From positions 1-39,374 of the forward strand of contig CAMMXR010000001.1 in the NCBI GenBank assembly GCA_946500965.1: a DNA stretch of 39,374 nucleotides, read 5' to 3'. This DNA is from an uncultured Candidatus Saccharibacteria bacterium (GTDB lineage: Bacteria; Patescibacteriota; Saccharimonadia; Saccharimonadales; Saccharimonadaceae). This document shows positions 8,952-17,696 of this stretch, piece after piece. A model generated the notes under the pieces. The model saw only the letters and a list, made by a program, of their open reading frames with translations, did no database searches and was not told the DNA's origin. A program made the position numbers and the translations under genes. How positions within the stretch are numbered: the stretch's first letter is position 1; the number at the start of each line of letters is the position of its first letter.

Positions 8952-9059
8952 AATATTAGAACGTTTACAGTTTGGCGTCTTCGTTAACAAAGTGAGGTCA
9001 AGACGCATTAATATATCGGGGCTTTGCTATTGGCATTACTTCCATTATAATAACCTTAA

Positions 9060-10472
9060 ATGAAATCCACTGCGTCACCTCAAGCCGCCAACCACCGCGG
9101 TTTTCTGCGCCTGCGTGACGCCCTCCGCCTCGCCTTCGTCAATCTCGCCGGCAACCGCCGCCGCACCTCGCTCATCATCATGACCGTCGTCGTCCTCTTC
9201 GCCCCGATGCTCAGCCTTGCCTTCCTCGCCCAGGGCATCCGTAACTCGATCCTAGATGCCTCCGCCCTCCAAACTGGCGGCGCCGTTTACATCCAAACTG
9301 GCTTTCTCGCAGATATTTACTATGGCGCTGAAGAGCGCGTCATTACGCCCGCACCCGAGAACGCCGACGAAATCCTGCGCGAGCGCATCGCTGCCCACCA
9401 CGGCGAAATCGTTGGTACTATCACCGCCGCCCGCCGCAGCCTAGGCTGGGACTATGACCTCATCAGCGCTTCCGCCGTAGAAGCCTTCCAGGGCGACACT
9501 GCACCGTCCACCAATCTCACCGCCACCGCGACCACCACAGACATCGCCCCAATCACCGACGCCCCCGCGAACACTCTCGCCTCACCCCTCCCCGCCATCA
9601 CCAACTCCAACCTCCATTTAAGCGACCCCGCCCTCTCCATCCTCGCCACCTACCCCGGCACCAAAACTCTCTTCAGCCTACAGGGCGCCAGCGCCGCCCT
9701 TAGCTTCTTCACGGACGCCATCAGCGGTACCCCCAGCCAAACTTTCCTAGTTGATGACAACTCACCCGCCATCCAGTCCTACCGCGACCAAGCTCTCGCC
9801 GACTGGCGCGCCCGCTGCCAACAAACCTACCAATCCACCTGCGACTACCGCCCTAGCCTCCCCGAACTCTACGTCGTACGCTTCGCAAACCCCCGCGATG
9901 CCGCCGCCTACCAAACCACCGCCGGCCTTGACTCGCTCCACTACGGCTACGATACCGACGCCGATTACCAATACCTCATCGCCGACCTCTTCAACAATAC
10001 TCTCAGCGCTGCCGGCGCTACCACCTCCGCCCAGTTCATCATCTACGTCGTCATGGGCGCCTTTCTCATCCTTGCCCTCATCCTCATCGTCACCACCTTG
10101 AGCCACGCTGCCGACGAAGACGCCGCTACTATCGCCCTCTATCGCTCGCTCGGCGCTTCTACCCGCGCCGTCCACCTCATCTACTTCCTCTACCTCTTGC
10201 TGCTCTGCCTGTTCGCCGCACTCATCAGCTTCCTGATTGCGCTGCTGTTCGCTAGCCTCATCGCCCTGATTGTCGCTGCACCCTTTGCCGCCTCACTCCA
10301 GACTTTTTACCAGCTCAGCGCCCCGCCCGCCGTCTCCTGTCTCGGTCTGGACGGCTTCGCTCTGCTCTTGCTTGCCGCTATTCTCCTGGTCGCGCCCCTC
10401 GCCCTTCTACTCACTTTCCACCAATTCTCCGCCAAACATCTGTCCCGCAAACTTAAAAACGAGGTCACATAA
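9060..10472 (+). CDS. FtsX/MacB-like ABC permease
   Basis: N-terminal LRLAFVNL..NRRRT+TM, large external loop, IALYRSLGAS, three C-terminal TMs. Confidence 0.85.
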   Translation: MKSTASPQAANHRGFLRLRDALRLAFVNLAGNRRRTSLIIMTVVVLFAPMLSLAFLAQGIRNSILDASALQTGGAVYIQTGFLADIYYGAEERVITPAPENADEILRERIAAHHGEIVGTITAARRSLGWDYDLISASAVEAFQGDTAPSTNLTATATTTDIAPITDAPANTLASPLPAITNSNLHLSDPALSILATYPGTKTLFSLQGASAALSFFTDAISGTPSQTFLVDDNSPAIQSYRDQALADWRARCQQTYQSTCDYRPSLPELYVVRFANPRDAAAYQTTAGLDSLHYGYDTDADYQYLIADLFNNTLSAAGATTSAQFIIYVVMGAFLILALILIVTTLSHAADEDAATIALYRSLGASTRAVHLIYFLYLLLLCLFAALISFLIALLFASLIALIVAAPFAASLQTFYQLSAPPAVSCLGLDGFALLLLAAILLVAPLALLLTFHQFSAKHLSRKLKNEVT

Positions 10473-10476
10473 CATA

Positions 10477-11778
10477 ATGCGTTTCTACGATTGCCTGCGT
10501 CTCGCCGCCGCGACCATCACCCGCCAAAAAGGTCGCACCATCAAAACTCTTATCATCTGCGGTCTACTCCCCGCGATTATTTCCGGCGCCAGTTTTCTTA
10601 CCTACGGCGTCTTCCAAGTCAGCAACCGCGCCATTAACGCCGCCACCGCCGGCCGTATTATCGTCACCGCCGAACCTGACGCCGACTACGGCGCTGACGC
10701 CAACCAGGCAGAACTGACCACCCTCATCCAGCATTACGGCGGCAACCTGATTGAGGACGTCGCGCTCGCCCCCACCACTGACGGCACCTACCCAATCCTC
10801 CCCGCCGCACTCTTCTCGCCCGACATTCAAGCCCTCGCCGACCAAGTCCCAGCCGACAGTATTCCAATCGTGCTGCCCGTGAGTACCGCCATCACTTGGC
10901 TGCAAACCGCCGAGACCTCCGCCGACCCTGCCGCCACCAGCTTACCCCTTCTTAACAGCACTACCGACGCCAGCCTCGCCCACTCCGCCCTCGGTCAAAC
11001 CATCACCAGCCCCAGCGGTCAGAACTATTTTCTTGCCGGTCTGATCGCCAGCTCAGTTGGCATCAACAATATCACTTTTGCCGACCCCATTATGAGCTAT
11101 TACGCCCAAGAACTCATCACGCCCCGCACCGCCACGCCGGTCCTGCTCCGCACCGCTGGGTCCGCCGCCAACCTCCCCACCGAAGCCTCCACTGCCCTCT
11201 GGGCCTACTTTACCAGCGCCACCGACGCCTACCGCTTCTTCGCCGATCCCGCCGTGAATTGCGACCAATTTGACCGTCAGGAACAAATCTGTCCCGACAC
11301 TTTCCGCTACGCCGCCACCGCACCCCTCGGCTTTGAACTCAGCTTCCGCTGGTCCTACCAAAACCTCTTCTCCTTCCATACCGGCCTCGCCCTCGTCCTC
11401 GGCGTCTTCGCCCTCACCATTGCCTTCATCACCCAGCTGCGCCTGCTCGGACATAATCCTCGCAGTATCGCCCTCTATTACTCCCTTGGTGCCTCCACTA
11501 GGCAAGTCCGCCTCATCCATCTCACCCATCTCATCTTACTTGACCTGCTCGCTGGCCTCTCTGCCATCCTGATCGGCTTTCTACTCGCCCTCATCCTCAA
11601 TCTCATCAACCTCGGCAACCTCACCGAACTCTATACCACACTCTATGGCTTACCCACCTCCACCGTTTTTCTGATCGGCTGGAGCTGGTCGCAACTATTA
11701 CTGCTAATCTTCCTCCTCCCCACCGCACCTCTTTGTATCCTCTGTGCCCGTCGCGCGCTCACCAATAAACAACTTTAA
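10477..11778 (+). CDS. FtsX/MacB-like ABC permease, paralog of the upstream gene
   Basis: MRFYDCLRLA..RT+TM; IALYYSLGASTRQV; start moved to ATG 10477. Confidence 0.85.
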   Translation: MRFYDCLRLAAATITRQKGRTIKTLIICGLLPAIISGASFLTYGVFQVSNRAINAATAGRIIVTAEPDADYGADANQAELTTLIQHYGGNLIEDVALAPTTDGTYPILPAALFSPDIQALADQVPADSIPIVLPVSTAITWLQTAETSADPAATSLPLLNSTTDASLAHSALGQTITSPSGQNYFLAGLIASSVGINNITFADPIMSYYAQELITPRTATPVLLRTAGSAANLPTEASTALWAYFTSATDAYRFFADPAVNCDQFDRQEQICPDTFRYAATAPLGFELSFRWSYQNLFSFHTGLALVLGVFALTIAFITQLRLLGHNPRSIALYYSLGASTRQVRLIHLTHLILLDLLAGLSAILIGFLLALILNLINLGNLTELYTTLYGLPTSTVFLIGWSWSQLLLLIFLLPTAPLCILCARRALTNKQL

Positions 11779-11872
11779 CTAATGTCACTAAAACCTACCG
11801 GGCAGGGACCTAACCGCCAAATCAGCCCCACCTCTCCCCAAACTCGCCCACATCTGCTATAATATATATTAT

Positions 11873-11947
11873 AGGGGCGTAGTACAACGGTTAGTATAGC
11901 GGTCTCCAAAACCGTAGATATGGGTTCAATTCCTGTCGCCCCTGCCA
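11873..11947 (+). tRNA. tRNA-Trp(CCA), integration target
   Basis: AGGGGCG/CGCCCCT acceptor, GCGGT-CTCCAAA-ACCGT, TTCAATT loop, GCCA; TGCTATAAT upstream. Confidence 0.96.
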
Positions 11948-12682
11948 AATAGAACTTCGTTTTTTGAGGAAGAGCCCCCCGAGGGGCTCTTTCAGGGTAT
12001 AAGTGAGATTTTCACCGTCAAAATAGAGGTTCGATAGTAGCATACTTAGAATTTGGCGTTTCTCGTTCGAGTTCGCAACCTTAAAGATGTCAGCAGCCAT
12101 TGCAAACGCATCTGCCATCGTAATAAATGAATCGGCATCTTTACTCACGATCTGGCTATCGACAGTCTGTTCGGTATGAGTAGTTATTTTTACAGCACCA
12201 TTATTAGTTGACGTAGTAATAATACGGTCAACCGTGCTAGGCAAAGATAACGATCTGCCATCCTCCACGAGACGGCTTGCTGTGTCGGTATTAACAGTGA
12301 CAGATGCCGTTTCAGAACGATAACTCCTAATTGGCTCAACTTTGTAGTCGTCATATAGTGCAACTTCCAATTCGGCGTAGTTTGATTCGTAACTGATTCT
12401 GAGCACTGGACGTTCGCACTGCTTTATACGCTCAGTTTCAGCCTCGACAATTTGTCTAGCCTTATGTAAAGTCTCGATTTGGGCTTTTTCGTTGATTTTT
12501 AGTTGTCGCAGAGCAGCGATCAATGTGTCAGTTTGGTAGGAAGGGTTCGCAATCTGGTCAACATCAAGTTGGACCGTAACAGTCGCTATCCATCGTGGCA
12601 ACGAGCGAACATCAAGAGAAGCACTAACGTGACGTTCCGTAGTGACTGCATCTTTTGACTTCTTCGTTACTTTTTCGATCAT
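11891..12682 (-). CDS. Protein with large-serine-recombinase-like C-terminal tail but no recognisable catalytic domain; reads through attL antisense into the tRNA
   Basis: F..ANSNEKRQILSMLLSNLYFDGENLTYTLKEP resembles LSR C-termini (recalled); ends WQGRQELNPYLRFWRPLY, the tRNA antisense. Confidence 0.55.
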   Translation of the reverse strand: MIEKVTKKSKDAVTTERHVSASLDVRSLPRWIATVTVQLDVDQIANPSYQTDTLIAALRQLKINEKAQIETLHKARQIVEAETERIKQCERPVLRISYESNYAELEVALYDDYKVEPIRSYRSETASVTVNTDTASRLVEDGRSLSLPSTVDRIITTSTNNGAVKITTHTEQTVDSQIVSKDADSFITMADAFAMAADIFKVANSNEKRQILSMLLSNLYFDGENLTYTLKEPLGGLFLKKRSSIWQGRQELNPYLRFWRPLY

Positions 12683-12782
12683 TGCTACAACTTCCCAAAA
12701 CAGAAAGTAGCCCCTACTTCAGGGCTACCTCACTCATATTAAAATTATACATAAGTTTACAGCACTTGCCAACTTATTGTGG

Positions 12783-13766
12783 TTACAAGCCAAAATCAGC
12801 ATCGTTCATAATTGCCTTTGGCATCTTCGGATGATACTCATCACGATCTACCACGTAATTCGCTATTAACAACTTATCGTCTAGATCATCATACAAGATA
12901 GTTGCCATACAATCCTCTCCCTCTATATCCTGTAAGATTTTTCTTAGCGTATATTGCCCTCCCCTGAGCATACGAATAGCATATGTAGGAACTCCCATCA
13001 TCGACAGCATTTTAGGGGCAGTTTCATCTATACCGTTGATTAGCATCGGTGGTAAACTTATCTTGAATTTCATCATCTCATCAAGCCTATCCTCCGTAGG
13101 CATTATACTATTGTAGCAAATGACTGAGTTTAAATTCTTGCCAAGGAGTTGATATACAAGATCTTCAACGGCTAATGGCTCAGCAGCCCCATAAGCCTCC
13201 ACCAAATTGTCGCTCGTTGGGTCTTTCACGAGAAAATGCCGCAGTTCGCTCTCTATTGTTTTAATTTTTTCTTTACATTGCCAAGCGAAGTTAAGGCTCT
13301 CCACATAGCCATCCACGAGTTTATCCAATTTATCGTGTCCACAACCATAACTCAAACAAGCATCTGTGTTAATTTCACCGATAATGAAGGCTACTATCCA
13401 AGCAATCGCACTATCATAGTCGTAACTACCGTCATCAAATGATTTCGTTAACGTATCTACAGCCATATGATAGTTACACAAGTGCAACAGTGTTGACGTG
13501 AGATATGGAGTTCCCGTAAGAATTAAAAAGTCCATAATCGAATTGTGTAGCCTATCGTCGTAAACTCCACTAAATATTCTGTTCCCCAATTCAGATGCTA
13601 TATTGTAAATCTTACGATAGCTATCATCATCCACCACATAATAATCACGCACTTCCTCTACTGTAGTTGGTTCGCCTTTCTTGGACATTTCTTTGGCGAT
13701 CGCCTCATTTACAGCCTTGGTAGCCGATATCATTTTCTCGTAGCGTTCCTTCATATTTTCTTCCAT
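12783..13766 (-). CDS. Hypothetical protein (element cargo)
   Basis: 327-aa ORF; TGGTATAAT 7 nt before the ATG; hairpin GTAGCCC/GGGCTAC downstream. Confidence 0.75.
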   Translation of the reverse strand: MEENMKERYEKMISATKAVNEAIAKEMSKKGEPTTVEEVRDYYVVDDDSYRKIYNIASELGNRIFSGVYDDRLHNSIMDFLILTGTPYLTSTLLHLCNYHMAVDTLTKSFDDGSYDYDSAIAWIVAFIIGEINTDACLSYGCGHDKLDKLVDGYVESLNFAWQCKEKIKTIESELRHFLVKDPTSDNLVEAYGAAEPLAVEDLVYQLLGKNLNSVICYNSIMPTEDRLDEMMKFKISLPPMLINGIDETAPKMLSMMGVPTYAIRMLRGGQYTLRKILQDIEGEDCMATILYDDLDDKLLIANYVVDRDEYHPKMPKAIMNDADFGL

Positions 13767-13795
13767 ACCACCATTATACCATTTCGTAGGCTGAT

Positions 13796-14095
13796 TCAGA
13801 CTATAGGCAAGTCAAACGGCATATTCCCAGGTGACTGATAGTTTACCGATGGTCGGTTCAGCCTCCTAGCGTAGCCTCGGTAGACGCTACGGACAAGTTG
13901 CTCGGCATACTTCCATTGTAGGTCGGTTGCCTCCACTACTGCTTTATGGAAATCAGGGCATTTGTCGCACCAACGGTAGAAGGTGCCGGTGGAGGTTCTT
14001 GCTCCTCGGCACGCATCAGACACAGTGTAGCCGTCACGAATCAAGACTAGGATTCGCTCCGTGACTTCTGGAGTGAACTTCGATTTTCTACTCAT
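13796..14095 (-). CDS. Phage-type HTH protein (terminase small subunit N-terminal-like)
   Basis: SKFTPEVTERILVLIRDGYTVSDAC...TFYRW..PDF pattern. Confidence 0.65.
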   Translation of the reverse strand: MSRKSKFTPEVTERILVLIRDGYTVSDACRGARTSTGTFYRWCDKCPDFHKAVVEATDLQWKYAEQLVRSVYRGYARRLNRPSVNYQSPGNMPFDLPIV

Positions 14096-14291
14096 ATTTT
14101 CATCTTATCACGGCTTTATAGTCTCGTATTTTCGCCTTCATAATACCAAAAAAATCGGTGGAGATTGTTTGACGGTTCAGAATCTTTGATTCTGTCAGAT
14201 TTGCCGTAATTGAGATTCTAGAATCACCAACATTTGATTTTGCTACCTTCAGACAAGTAGACAGAGGTCAGGGGCGTGATTTTATTGTGTT

Positions 14292-14675
14292 TTACCGTGC
14301 CAACATTGCTCCTGGATTACCACCAAACCTCACAGGTAAACCTTCATACATCACTATTTCGCTCTGCTGATTTTGCCCTCCAAAGCCATTTATTTGCCTT
14401 CTGAGAGCCTTTTCTTTGCTTTGTGGGTGTTTTATCAGGTTTTCTCTCGTAAACCCCGAATCCAGCCCTTTTGATAGCCTTCCTGCCATACCAGGATTGC
14501 TCCTCTGTGGCTTTTTAAACTCAGCATCAAAGTCTGGATGTCGCCTTCGCCAGCGACTGAGGGTCATATCAGCCACCCCAGACATTACACAAGCAATCTT
14601 CACCGTGAATCCACTACGGACGGCATCGAGGAATCGTTTGGTCGTATCTGGGGTGTATTTAGTGGGCTTACTCAC
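14292..14675 (-). CDS. Paralogous HTH/terminase-small-like protein, probably frameshifted near 14512
   Basis: TKYTPDTTKRFLDAVRSGFTVKIAC...TLSRW..PDF; similarity to the paralog continues in the -1 frame (ATEEQSWY). Confidence 0.6.
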   Translation of the reverse strand: MSKPTKYTPDTTKRFLDAVRSGFTVKIACVMSGVADMTLSRWRRRHPDFDAEFKKPQRSNPGMAGRLSKGLDSGFTRENLIKHPQSKEKALRRQINGFGGQNQQSEIVMYEGLPVRFGGNPGAMLAR

Positions 14676-14677
14676 AA

Positions 14678-15418
14678 TTAGATCCTTGCCACCCTCTTCA
14701 TAATCAAAGCATTTTTTAATGCGAACTCGAAATCTGGAGACTGACCAGCATCGCCCAAATTAATTACCTTGATGTCACTACTCGTAATTGCTAACTTATC
14801 TAAAGCCTCAATGGATTGCTGAGAAACCTTTATCATCCATATCCAGCCCCCAGGCATAAAAGTTCTGTAATAGTTTGCTATACAAGGTCCGAGTCGCAAT
14901 CGACAAGGTATTTCGGTCATTTCATCAAGAATAGTATTCTCGCTGGAATACCTAGCAAGCGTAATAGCGTATTCTCCAAAATCATCCACTCGCCCTTCTC
15001 TCAAAATTTCAAGAATTCGATCGGTATGTTTTTGCCCGAGGTTAACACCAGAGTAAATCGGATGACTAGTCAGCGAGCAACGAAGAATATCAGCCAAAAA
15101 TGCCAGAGCAATATGTTCGCTATTATATCCATAACCAACTATAGCACTTTGCTCATCTCGTGGTTGATGAGGGCGACTACCTTCAGAGGTTAGCATTGTC
15201 TTTCGCTCATCCTCCCATCGACCAAGTTTTTTGTCACATTGATCGCACAGCAACTTAGTCTCCCACGCCTGCTTATTGGCATCACCGACAGTGCCATCAT
15301 CAAGCACCACAAGCCTATTGCCACCCCAATACGAGGACTTAGTCAGAAGATGGGATCTAACTCTATTATCTTTAGTAATTTCGTTGCCACAGATATGGCA
15401 ATAACTTCTTGTTACCAT
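14678..15418 (-). CDS. HNH-like zinc-binding putative nuclease
   Basis: CHIC...RSHLL...LLCDQCD pattern. Confidence 0.55.
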   Translation of the reverse strand: MVTRSYCHICGNEITKDNRVRSHLLTKSSYWGGNRLVVLDDGTVGDANKQAWETKLLCDQCDKKLGRWEDERKTMLTSEGSRPHQPRDEQSAIVGYGYNSEHIALAFLADILRCSLTSHPIYSGVNLGQKHTDRILEILREGRVDDFGEYAITLARYSSENTILDEMTEIPCRLRLGPCIANYYRTFMPGGWIWMIKVSQQSIEALDKLAITSSDIKVINLGDAGQSPDFEFALKNALIMKRVARI

Positions 15419-15826
15419 ATAAAGAACTCCTCATGGCTATTAGTTGGTAATATTCTTGAGTTACACCCCCCTATTATAACAATTCTTTACCCTAGTGCAG
15501 GTAATTCTCACGCTTATCTCGATCAGGAGGTGTATATTGAGGTGGGGGTATTAGTTTTGGGTTCGAAAATCCACAAAAATCACAAAATGATCAAAAATCG
15601 GGCAAAATTTAGCAAAATCTACGCATAGTAAGCAATCCCGTGCCTTTCCAATACCGACTTCGCACACTCGACATTAAACCCTCCAAGTGTTACCATATAC
15701 TTAGTGGGGTTGATGATTAAGTCCTTGAAGCCCTGCCACGATTTTTGACACCTTTGATGCCGTCTCACCCCGACCGCCCGACCCCCTACCATTTCGCTCT
15801 CGCTTATGCTAAAATAATCCTTAATA

Positions 15827-16522
15827 ATGTCGTCCAAGAACCCCAAAACCCTGATGCCGCTCCCCCATCCTTGGCCCGTCGTCTGGGGTTGTTTTTATGT
15901 CGCCATCCTTACCCTCGGGCTGCTCGCCCCCAACGGCTCCAGCATCACCTTCATCAAACTCACCGGCATCTTCCTCTGCGCCCTCTACGCTTTCTGGATG
16001 TTCCCGAGGGACCACCTACTCCAGCTCGCCCTGCTCGTCACCTCCGTCGCCGACCTCATCCTCGCCATTGACAACACTCTCGTAATCGGCGTCGTCGTTT
16101 TCCTTATCGCCCAGCTCATTCACCTCGCCCGCCTAGACTGGCCGCATTTCCGCCTCCCCATTCTCATCTATTCTCTCGTCGCCGCCACCGTCATCATCCT
16201 TGATATGATTCTAGATTTTGCGCCCTTGATGTATGTGGTCTGCTGTTTTTATGTCACCGCCCTCATCACCAACATCATCGTTTCCTGGCGCTGGTACCGC
16301 CAAGATCGCAACAACCTGCTCGCTTTCCTCGCCGTCACCGGCTTCACCCTTTTTCTAGCCTGCGACATCTGCACCGGCGTCTCCTACCTCTCTCGCACCG
16401 CTGTTCTCCCCGCCGTCCTTTTCGCACCCGCCAACTTTTTCGCCTGGGCTTTTTACTATCCTTCCCAAATCTTTATCTCAAACAGCTCAAAGTGTGCTAA
16501 AATACTTACCAAAGGAAGGTAA
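15827..16522 (+). CDS. YhhN/lysoplasmalogenase-like membrane protein
   Basis: Multiple TMs; ADLIL, FLIAQLIH, LFLACD motifs. Confidence 0.65.
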   Translation: MSSKNPKTLMPLPHPWPVVWGCFYVAILTLGLLAPNGSSITFIKLTGIFLCALYAFWMFPRDHLLQLALLVTSVADLILAIDNTLVIGVVVFLIAQLIHLARLDWPHFRLPILIYSLVAATVIILDMILDFAPLMYVVCCFYVTALITNIIVSWRWYRQDRNNLLAFLAVTGFTLFLACDICTGVSYLSRTAVLPAVLFAPANFFAWAFYYPSQIFISNSSKCAKILTKGR

Positions 16523-16545
16523 TTGTGCTACAATGGAGGTAGTTT

Positions 16546-17046
16546 ATGGAAGGTAAGAAGAAACACAGCAGCAACAATCCCCGCGCCATCCTCGTTTTCG
16601 GCGCCCCCTGCAGTGGTAAATCCACATTCGCCAAACAATTCGCAAATCAGTTTAACGCCACGTTCTATGACCTTGACGCCCTGAAACGTGAACACAGCCT
16701 CTCTCGCGCCCTGGTCTTACTGCTCGTCAGCCAAATCGCCAAAACCGGTGCCACCCTCGTCCTGGAAGGCGGCAATGCCACCGAACGCGACCGCCGCGAG
16801 CTGAACGAAATCCTACGCGCCGCCGGCTATGCTCCTGCCCTCGTCTGGCTCCAGACCGACGTCGCCACCATCAAATCCCGCCTCAAAGTCCGCCTCAAGT
16901 CCGTAGAAGAAGCCAAAACCGTTTACGAGTCCCGCATCAAAACCCTGGAAGCCCCCTCGGAGCTTGAAAATCCCATTGTCCTCTCTGGCAAACACACCTA
17001 TCCCACCCAGCTCAAACAAGTCTTGACCCAGCTTCAGACCCGTTAA
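16546..17046 (+). CDS. P-loop kinase/AAA_33-like protein
   Basis: GAPCSGKST Walker A; NMP-kinase-like layout. Confidence 0.8.
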   Translation: MEGKKKHSSNNPRAILVFGAPCSGKSTFAKQFANQFNATFYDLDALKREHSLSRALVLLLVSQIAKTGATLVLEGGNATERDRRELNEILRAAGYAPALVWLQTDVATIKSRLKVRLKSVEEAKTVYESRIKTLEAPSELENPIVLSGKHTYPTQLKQVLTQLQTR

Positions 17047-17053
17047 TCGCTCC

Positions 17054-17599
17054 ATGATTCTCTCCGACTCAGAATTCGGTGATATTATTGTGCGCAAAAA
17101 TCCGCTTTCCAGGAGCGTCCGTTTTTCCGTGGCGCCTTCCGGTCGTCTCCAGATGTCCGTTCCCCAACACACCAGTGATTTTCTCGTCAAGCGCTTCCTT
17201 AACACCAACCGCGCCCTCATCCGCGAAAAAATCCCCTTGAGCGACCCCACCACCCAGCGCGCCCGCGACGCCAAGAAAAAGCTCCTCGCCAAAAAAGCCC
17301 GCGCCTATCTCCCCTATCGTTTAGAATATTTCGCCACCCTCTACGGCTACCATTACGAACGCTGCCGCCTCTCCCACGCCGCCACCCGTTGGGGCAGTTG
17401 TTCCTCTACCGGCACCATCTCCCTCAACATCGGTCTCATGCAAGTCCCGCCTATCCTGCGTGACTATGTCATCCTCCACGAACTCGCCCACCTCCATCAC
17501 CTCGACCATTCCGCCGCCTTCTGGGCCGAAGTCGGCGCCCACGACCCCCGCTACAAAGAACACCGCGCCAAGCTCAAAGCCTTCTCCCCCGGCGTCTAG
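17054..17599 (+). CDS. YgjP/DUF45 (M48-like) zinc metallopeptidase-family protein
   Basis: RWGSCS, DYVILHELAH, HSAAFW. Confidence 0.9.
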   Translation: MILSDSEFGDIIVRKNPLSRSVRFSVAPSGRLQMSVPQHTSDFLVKRFLNTNRALIREKIPLSDPTTQRARDAKKKLLAKKARAYLPYRLEYFATLYGYHYERCRLSHAATRWGSCSSTGTISLNIGLMQVPPILRDYVILHELAHLHHLDHSAAFWAEVGAHDPRYKEHRAKLKAFSPGV

Positions 17600-17696
17600 C
17601 CGCCCCGTCCCTCCGCTCGTATGCGCCCATAACCCGCTCGCCGCGCCGCTCGCCCCATTCTGCCCGTTAAAACCCCTTGTTTTTCCCGCAAAACTG

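Larger units (their letters stand above)
11940..15738 (-). mobile_element. 3.8-kb integrated element (prophage/satellite-like remnant) in tRNA-Trp
   Basis: CCCTGCCA at 11940-11947 and 15731-15738; abrupt loss of the host C-rich composition; all credible genes on minus strand; phage-like HTH and HNH-like genes. Confidence 0.75.

Noticed and set aside
15619-15846. 75-aa minus-strand ORF as an independent gene
   Set aside because: It spans the right att core; its 5' half is antisense host sequence. Only the part after WQG is meaningful, as the displaced tail
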